Below the pieces are notes generated by a model. The model ran no database searches. It was given only the letters and a program-made list of their open reading frames with translations, and had not been told where the DNA came from. Shown piece after piece: positions 1-10,326 of a DNA stretch of 20,000 nt. Made by a program: the position numbers and the translations under genes. Positions within the stretch are counted from its first letter, which is position 1; each line of letters begins with the position of its first letter. The stretch is from Priapulus caudatus (lineage: Eukaryota), in assembly GCF_000485595.1 (NCBI RefSeq), contig NW_014577076.1:1384047-1404046 (forward strand). The letters are read 5' to 3'.

Positions 1-127
1 AGATATAGCTTTGCCGTGTGAGGAAATAAATGCGCGTAAACTAGCTTTCTCTCACTTGGAACTTGTCGAAAAATGGAAGGGTGTCCAGTGGCATTATATT
101 AGTCACCGGCACGGGTGGGGAGTATTT

Positions 128-246
128 TGTTCGGATAACTGATCTGATTGTAAATATTAAAAGGGTATTATTCACGGGACCTTGAGATCTTGTTCGGATA
201 ATCCGAAATTGGGATAATTGGTGTTCGGATAACCGAGGTTTGACTG
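128..246. mobile_element. Right end of a pogo/Tigger-like (Tc1-mariner superfamily) non-autonomous DNA transposon/MITE; the other end is not seen in the window
   Basis: Subterminal TTCGGATAA repeats at 130-138, 193-201 and 224-232; near-palindrome TTCGGATAATCCGAA at 193-207. The reverse complement of the terminus reads CAGTCAAACCTCGGTTATCCGAAC, resembling Tigger/pogo-type TIR starts. Flank is TT rather than the expected TA. Confidence 0.6.
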
Positions 247-626
247 TTTGTAAGAAACACCGTGGGTCCTAAGAAAAATGTCTGCCGTGGCGTGGCCTCG
301 CTCAAAACGGTGTCTCTTTCCATGCTGGAATGGAATTAATGGAAATGGAATGTCACGAGCAGTGAGTTGCTGCGATGTTTCTTACATAAAGCAAAACCAA
401 AAAGAGGCGGGGGCTTGTAATGAATGCATTTCTACCTCTGCATGAACCTACCTACTCTCCGTCCCCCTGTTTAGGCGGTGTACTGATTTTTAAAGTGTTA
501 TTAATGCAATATATTATTCATCGGCGCCTTTAGAGTGCAAACAGTCTGCCATGAATCTGACGCCATGTCAACCGGGAAGCAGCGTGCCGTGAACACGCTA
601 AGCATATGGAAGCCGTGGTGTTAGAT

Positions 627-681
627 GAGAGACAGGGAGGGGGAGAGAGAGGGGGATGGAGAGAGAGAGAGCCAGAGAGAC

Positions 682-724
<43 letters not shown>

Positions 725-730
725 CAGAGA
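627..730. repeat. (GA)n/(GACA)n compound microsatellite
   Basis: Direct reading: gagagacagggagggggagagaga...gagagagagagacagagagacagaga. Confidence 0.95.
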
Positions 731-1388
731 GTGTCTGTGTGTGCCTGAGGTGTCCCTCCTGAGACTTTGTCTAGGGATTATTACGGGCTGGGCTAATGAA
801 TCGTGTAAGGTGAGGGCACGAGCTCCTGGCACGCAGCTGTTCGCTTGTTTTCTGCGATGAGCTGGCAGTTGATGACACTGATAACACGTGAGTGGTTGTG
901 GCGCTAAGATGCGCGCGCCCATCGATTAACACATGTGGGTGTGTTTGTAATTTTGTATATCTCTGCTCCACCGTATGTGTGTGTGCGTGCGCTGGTACGC
1001 GTGTGCATGCGTGTGTGTACATTTGGGAGAGAGGGAGTAGGGGAGGACAAGAACGAGAGGGGTAGGAGAACAGGAGCAAGGGAGAGATAGAGAGAGAGAG
1101 AGCTTGCATATTGTACAATAAACAGTTCATTGCAAGTAAATGTGAGGTACCTACATTTAGTGTGGATTTAAGAATAATGAAATAAAAGCAAAAATAAGCA
1201 TTGTGCTGATCATTTCACTTATCCAATTATATTATATTACATATTATACTGTCATTCGATAGTGCACTTCAATTTCTCGTTAATTATATAGTGCTTACTT
1301 AGCAGTATTGCGTGTGCAGGGTTGAGCCCCGCGTGACACACTGTAGTGCCATGCATGTGAGAGATAATCGGTGTTTGTTTCTATGTAG

Positions 1389-1499
1389 AAGATGCCGCCG
1401 CCTCCCACGGAGGCAGGGAAGCCAGCACCGGTGCAGCGAGTCCAGCTGGTGACATCATCAGGCACACAGACTAGCCCCTCCCCTAAGCCAAGACGGAAG
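1389..1499 (+). CDS. Exon 1 (in window) of an uncharacterised low-complexity protein; KMPPPPTEAGKPAPVQRVQLVTSSGTQTSPSPKPRRK
   Basis: Acceptor gtttgtttctatgtag|, donor AAG|gtgagc, 111 nt, phase 0-0, open frame, higher GC than flanks; phase matches the next exon. Confidence 0.75.
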
Positions 1500-3579
1500 G
1501 TGAGCGTCCCACCCTACAACCTTCAAACATGCACGCTCGCACGCGCGCGAATACACACACACACTAGTCCCAGCTACCATGTGCAAACTGGCACCTGCCC
1601 TCACTAAACAGTGCAGTGGTTTCATATACCCCTCCTGTACGTCATTACACGCCAGCTCTTCTTCGTCATAAGTATGTTAAGTATAATAATGTTTCCTTGG
1701 CAATCCTACACATGCTAGTCATTTCCCTAACTTCGCATTTGCAGAATTTGTTTTTTGAAACTAGATTGACTCCTTAACGTCCCAGAAGGCTGAGCCAACA
1801 AGGAATGACGTGCGTAGTCAGTTTCCCTGCAGATAGCAAATATTTACAGTTACATACATCTTCATGCAGTTCTGGAGCGCCCATCCCCAGAGATACTCGA
1901 ACATTCTCTAATGTCTTCTGTCCTTAAACTAATGCTGTGGTAGTCGCTACCTGTCGATCATATTAAGGTCTTGCATTTTCCCAGCTCCTCCAGCGATTTT
2001 TCCTCTCTCGCGACGCCGAGCGAGTGGCAAAGTGAGCGTTCAATTCAAGCCCACCAGGTTGATGCGACATGACGTCAAAACGGGCAAGATTTTCCATCAG
2101 CGCCGTTCTCTGTCGAGCGTAAAATCTCGGCTCTTAACGTTTCGAGTAAACCGATCCGCTGCTGCACGGCGCAATCAAATCTCGCGTGCGTCGATATCTG
2201 TCCCGGAGGGCTGATCCATTTGACTGCATTTTTGAGGCCTTGCAAAAAGCTCTATTGGCATGTGGAGGCGGCGGTGCGGCCCTCGAGGGACATCCTAACA
2301 TAGATCAGTGGAAACCTATGCAGCATCTAGCTACGTCGTAAGCCACGGTATCATGAGTGCTTTATGGTAGCTCCACCCACAGGCACGGTCTTGTTCACGA
2401 ATGAGACAGGCCGAGAGCAGAGATGCTACAGGCTATGTTGTCTCACGGGTTGGTTTCGTGTGTCAGACGAATTCAATGGGTTGGTCCCAGCAGCCAGCTT
2501 AACTTCGATTCTCCATCACACGTTCATTTTCAGTGTGGTAGAGAGGGTGCAACTGACCTGCTGGGTGCACCAGCAGTCTATGAGCCATCAGAAACCTGCT
2601 GTGGGCACCTCGTATCTAGTGCTGCGTATGAATTATTTATAACTGCCAGAATCACCAGTTACCTATCCAAGTTGTGCTGGGCTGTTTTCCCACAAAATTA
2701 GTGTTTAATTTCAATATATTCAATATATATTGCCCGTACACAACCTAACCAACCCTGAAATGTTAGCTTGAATTACAGAAAACTATAGATCATTTGGCAG
2801 TGTCCTTTCTGAAATGTAAATTAATTATCTCTCGAAACATTCAAGCGAGAAATTTACACACTTAACACACTTATGCATGTTAGGTAATAATGTTCACCAT
2901 TATTCATAAAATTGTAAGGATTTCGTTGGGGATAGTCTGGTAGTGGCTGAGAAGCAGTAATTAACCAGGAAACGCACAGGAAAATTATTTCCAACATGTA
3001 AATTAAGCTTTGAACATAGTGCTACAAACACAAGTACATCTAATTCTTGAAGATGAACAGTTTATCTATGAACTCTTTCCATTCCCTTATGGCTGTCTGC
3101 ATCCAGCAACAAATTCTCGCCACCCCTTCTCATCCAGTACCCCTAACCTTGTTTATATAACCGTATATCCTTACTACTGATGTTTTTAGAAAGTTCGAGT
3201 GTTTATTCTACTAGTCTTGCAAGATGTGAGCAGAACAAAATGAAAGTTAACTCACTGCAGATGGCTAATCGATATGTACGATCGTTTGGAAGTGTTGTTA
3301 AGTAAGCATAAACATGTATTATTTCTTAGGAATATTAGTAAGTGCTTAAAAACACTGACACAACACTTGGAAGAATTGTGAAGAAGAAGTGTAGAATTGT
3401 GAAACAACTCCTGTCGTATTAGTAGGACCTGCAGGAAAGATTATTAAAACTATGCTAATGAAAAATACATACGAGTGTGGGCATGTACGCAGTGCATGAA
3501 ACTTGTTGTAAACATGTTTTATAGTATTTGAACTAATTGTTCATTAATGTTTTCAATCACATTGCGTTTTGTTCTGCAG

Positions 3580-3716
3580 CAGCATCACTACCACCATCAT
3601 AGGCATAACGTGGGTCAGCCTGGAGGGGGTGGTGAGGAGGTGGATGGAAGGCCCGAGGACGGAGACAGGCACATGAATGGACAGGCAAGGTCAGGTGTAC
3701 ACGACCAACATAGCAG
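3580..3716 (+). CDS. Exon 2; QHHYHHHRHNVGQPGGGGEEVDGRPEDGDRHMNGQARSGVHDQHS(R)
   Basis: Acceptor gcgttttgttctgcag| (tandem CAGCAG), donor AG|gtaaca, 137 nt, phase 0 to 2; this frame is absent from the ORF track. Confidence 0.8.
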
Positions 3717-4179
3717 GTAACAGTAATAGCATCTATGTAATGCAGTCTTCGTGTAGGTCTCAGGATATAGTGGTTGAGACTGCACTTCAAGGTAACACCC
3801 AAGTGTTGCCACTTCAGCGCTTGCCCAATGCTCGTCTCGTTTCATGTGCTGTAATGCAACTGTTATACTACAGCTTATACTACATTATGATACCATAAGG
3901 GTCTCAAGCCACCTCTGATAATTATGTGTCGTAAGGCGTGTAAGGTCTCAAACCACTTGATATACAAGCTAGTTAGTACCATTGCATCACATAGAAACCC
4001 CATCACAAATCCCATGGCCCGTTGTTAATTTAGAGGTAGGTTTAGAAACGTGTAGCACTGGGATATTTTGTGCTGCCTAGCATACTTGCTTAAATATTTG
4101 CTGTTATTATACTGGCTATTTCAAGAGATTATTGCCAAAAAATCATACAGCGTTGTCCTCTCCCTCCTGATGTTCACAG

Positions 4180-5553
4180 GCACAGAAAAGCTAGCAGCTC
4201 TTCCATATCCTCTGTGTCTCAGACGGCGTTCAGCAAGACGGAAGGCACTGATCCGTTGGTCGATCGGCAGCACTCGTCAGGTCGCTCCAGTGATAGCAGC
4301 TCACTGTCGCAGAGCCACGGCTCGCTGGACAGTCCGCAGCGGTCATCCGACCCCTCGCGCGCGCCTCACAGCCCCCACCGGTCAGACTCCTCCCGCACCC
4401 CTCACAGCCCACACAGCCCTCGCCGTTCCGACCCCTCGCGCGCGCCGCTCAGCCCCCAGCGGGCAGACTCGGCCCACACCGCGCACAGCCCGCAGTGGTG
4501 TGACGTGTCGCGCACCCCGCACAGCCCGCTGCGCAGTGAGTCGTTGTCGTCGCGTGACGCGGTGTCGCGTGGCGTGGACGTCGCCGTTGCTGAGTCCCCG
4601 CGGCCGCAGCGCAGCGGGGTCGGCTCAGCGCGCCGCGGCTCTGACAGCGGGCTGCGTGCGCTAGAGCTCAGCATACAGACGGTGCCCGAGGACCAGGACA
4701 TCGACGCGGTGCCGGCACCGCCACCGCCGCGTCGCGCCGCCAAGGAGGCGCCGATGTCGCCCAGCTCACAGAGCTCGGCGCAGTCGTCGCGCAGCACGCC
4801 GGAGACGGGGGCGGCAGCTCCGCAGCGCGCGGCGCCGCGCACGTACGGCAGCGCCGACGAGACAGCCGCCCTCGGCGGCGCCAGCTTCCAGCGCGGTGGC
4901 GCGAGGAGCGCGTCCACCCGCGCCTACCGCTCGCCGCAGGTCAGCCGCCGCTTCCTCGACTCACACAAGTACGCGAAGGAGTTCCACGCGCTGCAGCATT
5001 GCGGCGGCGACGCGGCAGCGCTGGTGGCGGCGTCGCCCGCTGAGCATTCGGCGACGCTGCAGCATCCGAAGTGCAGCGAGCACTCGCGCAGCGCGGCCGC
5101 GGTCGCGCGCGGTGCGGCGATCGCGCGTGGAGGCGCCACCGTCGACGCCGCGCGCTCGGAGCGGCTGCGCAGCGCCGAGATCACGAAGCTGCGCTTGGCG
5201 AGCGGCGAGCATGCGTTGTCGTTGTCGTCGCCGCGGGAACCACAGTCGCAGCGTCTCGTCACCGATCAGCAGCCGAAGATGGCGGCGGTGTCGCTGGCGC
5301 AGCACCGCACGCACCTCGGCAAGCAGGAACGCAACAAGCAACATCGGCTGTCGCCCGGCGACTACTCAACGCTGCAGCATCTGAAGCCAAAGCAGACGCC
5401 TGCCGCACCGGGTCACCACGACTACGCATCACTGACACTTCAGGCGAAGAAGCACGCGAAGGAAGCTGAGGACATCGCCGCGGCATCGGCCAAGTACCAC
5501 ATGTGCAAGACCCTCACCGATACGTCTCCGCCCGGCCATGCCCCCCGACCTCG
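4180..5553 (+). CDS. Exon 3, large GC-rich exon (1374 nt); Ser/Pro/Arg/Ala-rich, contains the SPxR repeat array and DYSTL/DYASL motifs
   Basis: Acceptor tcctctccctcctgatgttcacag|, phase 2 in (AG+G=Arg, then HRKASSSSISSVSQTAF...), same frame as ORF 4214-5629, donor CG|gtatga, phase 2 out; sharp GC rise and fall at the boundaries. Confidence 0.9.
4331..4543 (+). repeat. Coding tandem repeat, ~36 nt / 12 aa unit, consensus SPxRSDxSRxPH, ~5.5 copies
   Basis: SPQRSSDPSRAPH SPHRSDSSRTPH SPH SPRRSDPSRAPL SPQRADSAHTAH SPQWCDVSRTPH SPLRSES; identical 20-mer tccgacccctcgcgcgcgcc at 4346 and 4427. Confidence 0.9.
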
Positions 5554-6307
5554 GTATGATATTACTGTCAGGGGGCGCGGTCCATCCGTTGCCCTACTGA
5601 TGTTCTGTCTGGCATTTGTGATTTTGTAGTAGAGCGAATCTTGTAATCAATTGAGTTTGTGCATTGGTTTGGGTTGTGCGGCTTGATAAATTGTGTTTCT
5701 CAGGGAAAGTTTTTCATAAATCTAATCTTTTCTAGTGTAAATCGAATGAGTGGTACATCTAGCTCTCGATTTCAGAGCTTTATGTGCGTGAGGGGTGGGG
5801 AATACAACTATATGTTAGAAATAAGTTGACTGAATGCATTCACTGTACTGCAAGTATAAGGTATTTTACCAGGGGTGTTATGGAAAAAAACTATATTTTT
5901 GTGAATTCCCCGTATTATTACAAGTATGGGAACCATTATATGAACCTGGTAAGACTACCATGGGTCAAAACTAGTTGTTCGTCGCTGGCGTGGCAATGAG
6001 CTTTACAGCCTGTGTTCAGTAAACAGACAGCTCATAGTCCCAGCTCAATCATTCTCGTTTAACGTACCATTTTTCCTTGTTCCTTTTTTTGGGCGCTTCT
6101 CAGTTCAGCCATTTCTGCTTCTCATCTGTGGGCAAATGATTACAGCTCATGCATTAAATATGTGCTAATAAATGTATTTACAAATTCCAGAATCGTATAA
6201 CTGTTTAGTGCAAGTTTGTTATCTAAATATTTTCGATGCTATGTCCATAGACTTGTATTATATATGTGCCTAGTTACTGCTACGTGTCTTTCTGCTTAAT
6301 CCTGCAG

Positions 6308-6531
6308 GACGTCAATGGAGCAGCATCAGAGATCGCTATACCACTCTCCACCTCTTGCTGCCACCACGAGTCCCCCGATGTCGATCGCACAGGTGCGACA
6401 GACGAGTCGGGATGCGGCGATGACGACATCGCTGTCCACATCATTCCCCAACCAGGCGTCCGCGTTCTCGCTCTACCAGGGTCAGCCCGACAACGTAGCA
6501 CCACTGTCAATGTCATACACGGGTCGAGAAG
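6308..6531 (+). CDS. Exon 4; (R)TSMEQHQRSLYHSPPLAATTSPPMS...NVAPLSMSYTGRE(G)
   Basis: Acceptor tctttctgcttaatcctgcag|, donor GAAG|gtaggc, 224 nt, phase 2 to 1; same frame as ORF 6315-6593. Confidence 0.85.
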
Positions 6532-7036
6532 GTAGGCTGCTGTTACGGAGTCGTCAGTTGTCGTTAGCGGCGCTGCTGGTTATGATGTTATAGCTCTTCC
6601 ACATTCCATGACTGAATGCATTTCGCTGGACTGCGTCAGCAGAGATTTTGGTTGTAGGGCGATTTCTGATGTTGTGCGTCGTTATCAAGGAGTCCGATGA
6701 AGAGTAAAGTTTTGTACAGTTTGCGATAACAGTTCACAGGGTATGATGTGTGAGAGTAGGGCATAGTATGTAATATGGTAGCTTACTGCTGTACCATAGG
6801 GTAGGTTTCTGGTGTGATCATTATGGTAAAATCCATAATGTATTCAATATGGTAAAATCAGGGTTATTGTAAAAGTAGCGGTGATGGTCAGTTGTCTCTT
6901 TCAGGCAATAAAAAGTCCCACTAGTCTGTATGGTTAACATATACATGATACGTCTAGACTCTAAAGGGAGCATTATGTGTAGGGATAAATGTACAGGCTT
7001 CTGTTATGCCCTCCCTCATTGATTTGCTGTGTATAG

Positions 7037-7203
7037 GTGGACAGCTTACAGCACAGGTGCCCAAGACGCAGAAAGTAGTTCCACGAATGGGAGTCGCCAG
7101 TAGTCGAGCTGACCGTGTGCACATACGCACAAATCCATCTGCCTTCCGACCACCGAACCACCCTAGTCACCAATTACAGCTGCAACAGTTTCTTCAGGAG
7201 CAG
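7037..7203 (+). CDS. Exon 5; (G)[55 protein letters not shown]
   Basis: Acceptor tttgctgtgtatag|, donor CAG|gtaact, 167 nt, phase 1 to 0; same frame as ORF 7006-7236. Confidence 0.85.
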
Positions 7204-7236
7204 GTAACTAAATACATCAGTACTCATGTCATCTAA

Positions 7237-7401
7237 TAACACACGCACACACACATGCACACACACACGCACACACGCACATGCATGCACACACGCACGC
7301 ACACACACCCACATCCACACACACGCACACACATGCCCACACACACACACACACACACATGCACGTGCACACAAGCACGCATGCACGTGCGCACGCACAC
7401 A
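7237..7401. repeat. Degenerate (CA)n/(CACG)n/(CATG) microsatellite
   Basis: Direct reading. Confidence 0.95.
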
Positions 7402-8010
7402 GACTGTAACGTCTAACTATAACATCTGGCAGTTTCCGTTACAGAGCAAGTAAACTCGAGTGTACCATCATTCTAAGGAACACCTGTAGATGGCGCTAGC
7501 TATAAAATCGAAGGTCTAGCGGTTGATAACAAATGCATTTGGTCTAATAACGCTAGATTTGGTCTATTGACAGTTGTTGAGCTTAACTGAATAAAATTGC
7601 ACAATTGTGTTGGCCTAAATATTAACACTTATAATGCATGAGTTGATTGATGCATGTATAAAATTCTGACCATTGGTCAGCATTTAATCTGTGAGCTTCT
7701 GGACATCGTCTGTAGATCGCAATCATTGATTAGTTGCCTTCAATTGCTTCACACATGAAGCAAGCATGTTTGTGCATACAGATGTGTTGAGAATCCCTTT
7801 AAAAAATTCCGTGCGATCTTCTCTATAACAGTCTGGCCTGCCCTTCAGTCCACTAACCCTATAAAAGCCTTTTAAGCTTGTTCGAAGCCAGGAGGAATCG
7901 TTATGTAAAAACTATTAGGTAGCAACCCGTGTCTGTGTGCGTATCCGACCAGACGTGGCGGCATCGTGCCGCGAGCCTATTGATTTTCCCTCTCCTTTAC
8001 TAAGAACCAG

Positions 8011-8253
8011 GGAAGATTTCTCTTGCCCATGAGATTTATAGATTTCCCCCGCGCATCTTCGCCATGTGTCGCAAGAAGTGAAGCTGCTCGGAGCTTCAAT
8101 CGTGCGGATGCTGCTGCTAGTTGCAGGAGAGGGGAAGGTTTCTCTCTCGCATTAGCTCTGTAGGTTTCTGTGCGTGTCTTTGTCGTGTGTCGCGAGAAGT
8201 GAAGCTGGTTGGGGCGTCCTTCATGCGCATGCTGCTGCTTGTTGCAGGAGAAG
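8011..8253 (+). repeat. Diverged two-copy tandem duplication, ~122 bp period, ending in the exon 6 splice acceptor
   Basis: ggaagatttctc...tgtgtcgcaagaagtgaagctg...atgctgctgctagttgcaggaga (8011-8132) vs ggaaggtttctc...tgtgtcgcgagaagtgaagctg...atgctgctgcttgttgcaggaga (8133-8253). Confidence 0.85.
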
Positions 8254-8344
8254 AGGAGAGAGCTGGTGGACTCGAGCGACGACGATCTGTACGAGGACGA
8301 CGACCGTGAGGAGGACGAGGACGACTTTGCAGACGACGAGGAAG
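8248..8344 (+). CDS. Exon 6, acidic; EKRRELVDSSDDDLYEDDDREEDEDDFADDEE(G)
   Basis: Acceptor gctgctgcttgttgcag|, donor GAAG|gtgagc, 97 nt, phase 0 to 1. Confidence 0.85.
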
Positions 8345-8379
8345 GTGAGCTGTTATTGAGGTGTCTGCCATGAGTGAGC

Positions 8380-8548
8380 AAGAGTGTATGTGCGTGTGCA
8401 GGTGGGCGTGGGTGCGTGGCTGCATGTTAGCCGAAGACGTGCGTGTGTGTGGTGGTCGTGTGTACATGATTCGGGGGGTGGCTACATATTTGCATGTGCA
8501 GGTGCGCGTGGATGCTTATGTGTGTGCGAGTGTGTATCTGGGTGTGTT
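8380..8548. repeat. Degenerate (GT)n-rich low-complexity tract
   Basis: gtgtatgtgcgtgtgcaggtgggcgtgggtgcgtg...gtgtgtgcgagtgtgtatctgggtgtg. Confidence 0.8.
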
Positions 8549-8969
8549 TTAATAAGTAAATATTTACGATTTCAGTTTTCCTATGTTATTTATAGGGTAA
8601 ATACAAACTGCAGACGTTGTGACAAAACCGAAACAATACAGGAAATATTTTATACATATGTATTTGTATATGTATTTGACAAGAAGCTTTAGTCTAGATG
8701 ATAAACCATACTACTCTTAAGTACGTATCACATTGTCTTGAAAAGATGAGCACCTGATTATGATTATGATTGAATGATAACTGTACTACGAAATGGTTAC
8801 TGTATAAATTTCAGTTTGGTTTATCATATAGAATTCCTCACTGGATCACACAATCAAAATAGAGATTGCACAATGCGTGAAATGGCGCCGTGATATTGCA
8901 GTTGACTATGATAGGTGCTAACAATTGTTTATTAACGATGACTTGATCAAAGATTAATTTGTGTTTCAG

Positions 8970-9092
8970 GTGCGAGCAATGCTGACTCATCCTCGCAGGA
9001 GTACCTAGATGACAACGACTCGCTGAGTGGGAAGTACACAGGCTCTCAGTATTCTCCGCAAATGCCCTCTAAGCATGGCTCCAGCTACCAAG
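8970..9092 (+). CDS. Exon 7; (G)ASNADSSSQEYLDDNDSLSGKYTGSQYSPQMPSKHGSSYQ(G)
   Basis: Acceptor attaatttgtgtttcag|, donor CAAG|gtgggc, 123 nt, phase 1-1. Confidence 0.85.
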
Positions 9093-9380
9093 GTGGGCAT
9101 GTTGAACATGCATGGCTTCATGCAGGTTGAATAGGGAAAGGGATGCGGGCAGTCTGCCTTGTCATACCTCGAATATGCCTTCTAAAGTGTGAACCTTATG
9201 AGTGTGAAATATAGTGTGAACTATAAAGTGTGAACAATATGAACCCATTATGATCTTCATAGGTCATAATCTTCATAGATCATCACAGATGAATAGATGA
9301 TTATTTTGATCACGCGTCGAGTGTCGTCATGTTTGCTATGCTGCTCACGGCTGCAATCCCTGTCGTCATTGTCTCTGCAG

Positions 9381-9610
9381 GAAGCATAGCGGGAGAGGAG
9401 AATAGTGACAGCAGCAGCGCCTTCTCCATGTCCTCTCCCGGCACGAAGCCACGGCTTGTGGGCGGTCCAGCCTCTGGTGCCATGGTAACATCGACAGTCG
9501 CCCCTGGCAACCAGCCATCAATCAACAGCGCTGAGGTATTGTACACGTCCATGCAGCGGAACAAGTTAGGGCCGGCTATGCGCGGCGTGCCCGCGTTAGA
9601 AAAAAGCCAG
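9381..9610 (+). CDS. Exon 8; (G)SIAGEENSDSSSAFSMSSPGTKPRLVGG...AEVLYTSMQRNKLGPAMRGVPALEKSQ
   Basis: Acceptor tcattgtctctgcag|, donor CAG|gtattt, 230 nt, phase 1 to 0; same frame as ORF 9329-9643. Confidence 0.8.
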
Positions 9611-9831
9611 GTATTTATAAATGCACTCAGAATGCTGGTGTAATGGAATGCAATGGCATCACGGCTCACTCACACACGTGCGCGTCACTAACAGTCATTT
9701 GGATTGAGTGTCAGGATGTGACAGCAGTTGTCACTCACTCACACGTGTCACTAACTCTCATGGAGGATGTCCGCACGAGTCCCAAGTGTGGGTGTGCGCA
9801 CTGTTATGGGACACTCCTTCTGGATTCCCTG

Positions 9832-9868
9832 TTCTCTCTCTCTATCTCTATCTCTCTCTCTGTCTCTG

Positions 9869-9924
<56 letters not shown>

Positions 9925-9964
9925 GCTCTCTCTCTCTCTCTCTGTCCGTGTCTCTCTCTCTTCT

Positions 9965-10032
<68 letters not shown>

Positions 10033-10208
10033 ATCTATATATATCTCTCTCTCTATCTATCTATCTCTGTATCTCTCTCTCTGTTTCTGTGTCTCGCACT
10101 CACTCACTCATTCACTCCCTCACTCACTCACTCACTCACTCACTCACTCACTCACTCACTCACTCACTCACTCACTCTCCTCTCCCACTCCTTCCTCCCT
10201 TCTCTCCC

Positions 10209-10240
<32 letters not shown>

Positions 10241-10270
10241 CCTCTCTATCTCTCTCTCTCTCTCTCTTCT

Positions 10271-10324
<54 letters not shown>
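9832..10324. repeat. Long compound pyrimidine-rich microsatellite: (CT)n, (CTGTCT)n, (TCTA)n, (CACT)n
   Basis: Direct reading, ~490 bp. Confidence 0.97.

Positions 10325-10326
<2 letters not shown>

Noticed and set aside
530..1130. ORFs 530-922, 606-860, 771-1130
   Set aside because: Open only because they cross (GA)n/(GT)n microsatellites; no splice or compositional support
1985..2625. Candidate cassette exons 1985-2031 (cccag|...AA|gtgagc) and 2534-2625 in a CpG-richer part of intron 1
   Set aside because: Neither alone nor combined do they restore phase 0 before exon 2; exon 1 joins exon 2 directly in frame
4331..4543. Regular ~36-nt periodicity resembling a CRISPR array
   Set aside because: Units are contiguous degenerate coding repeats without unique spacers; eukaryotic exon, no cas genes
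4068..5486. Many overlapping alternative-frame and antisense ORFs over exon 3
   Set aside because: Expected shadow ORFs of a very GC-rich exon with few stop codons; only the 4214-5629 frame fits both flanking splice phases
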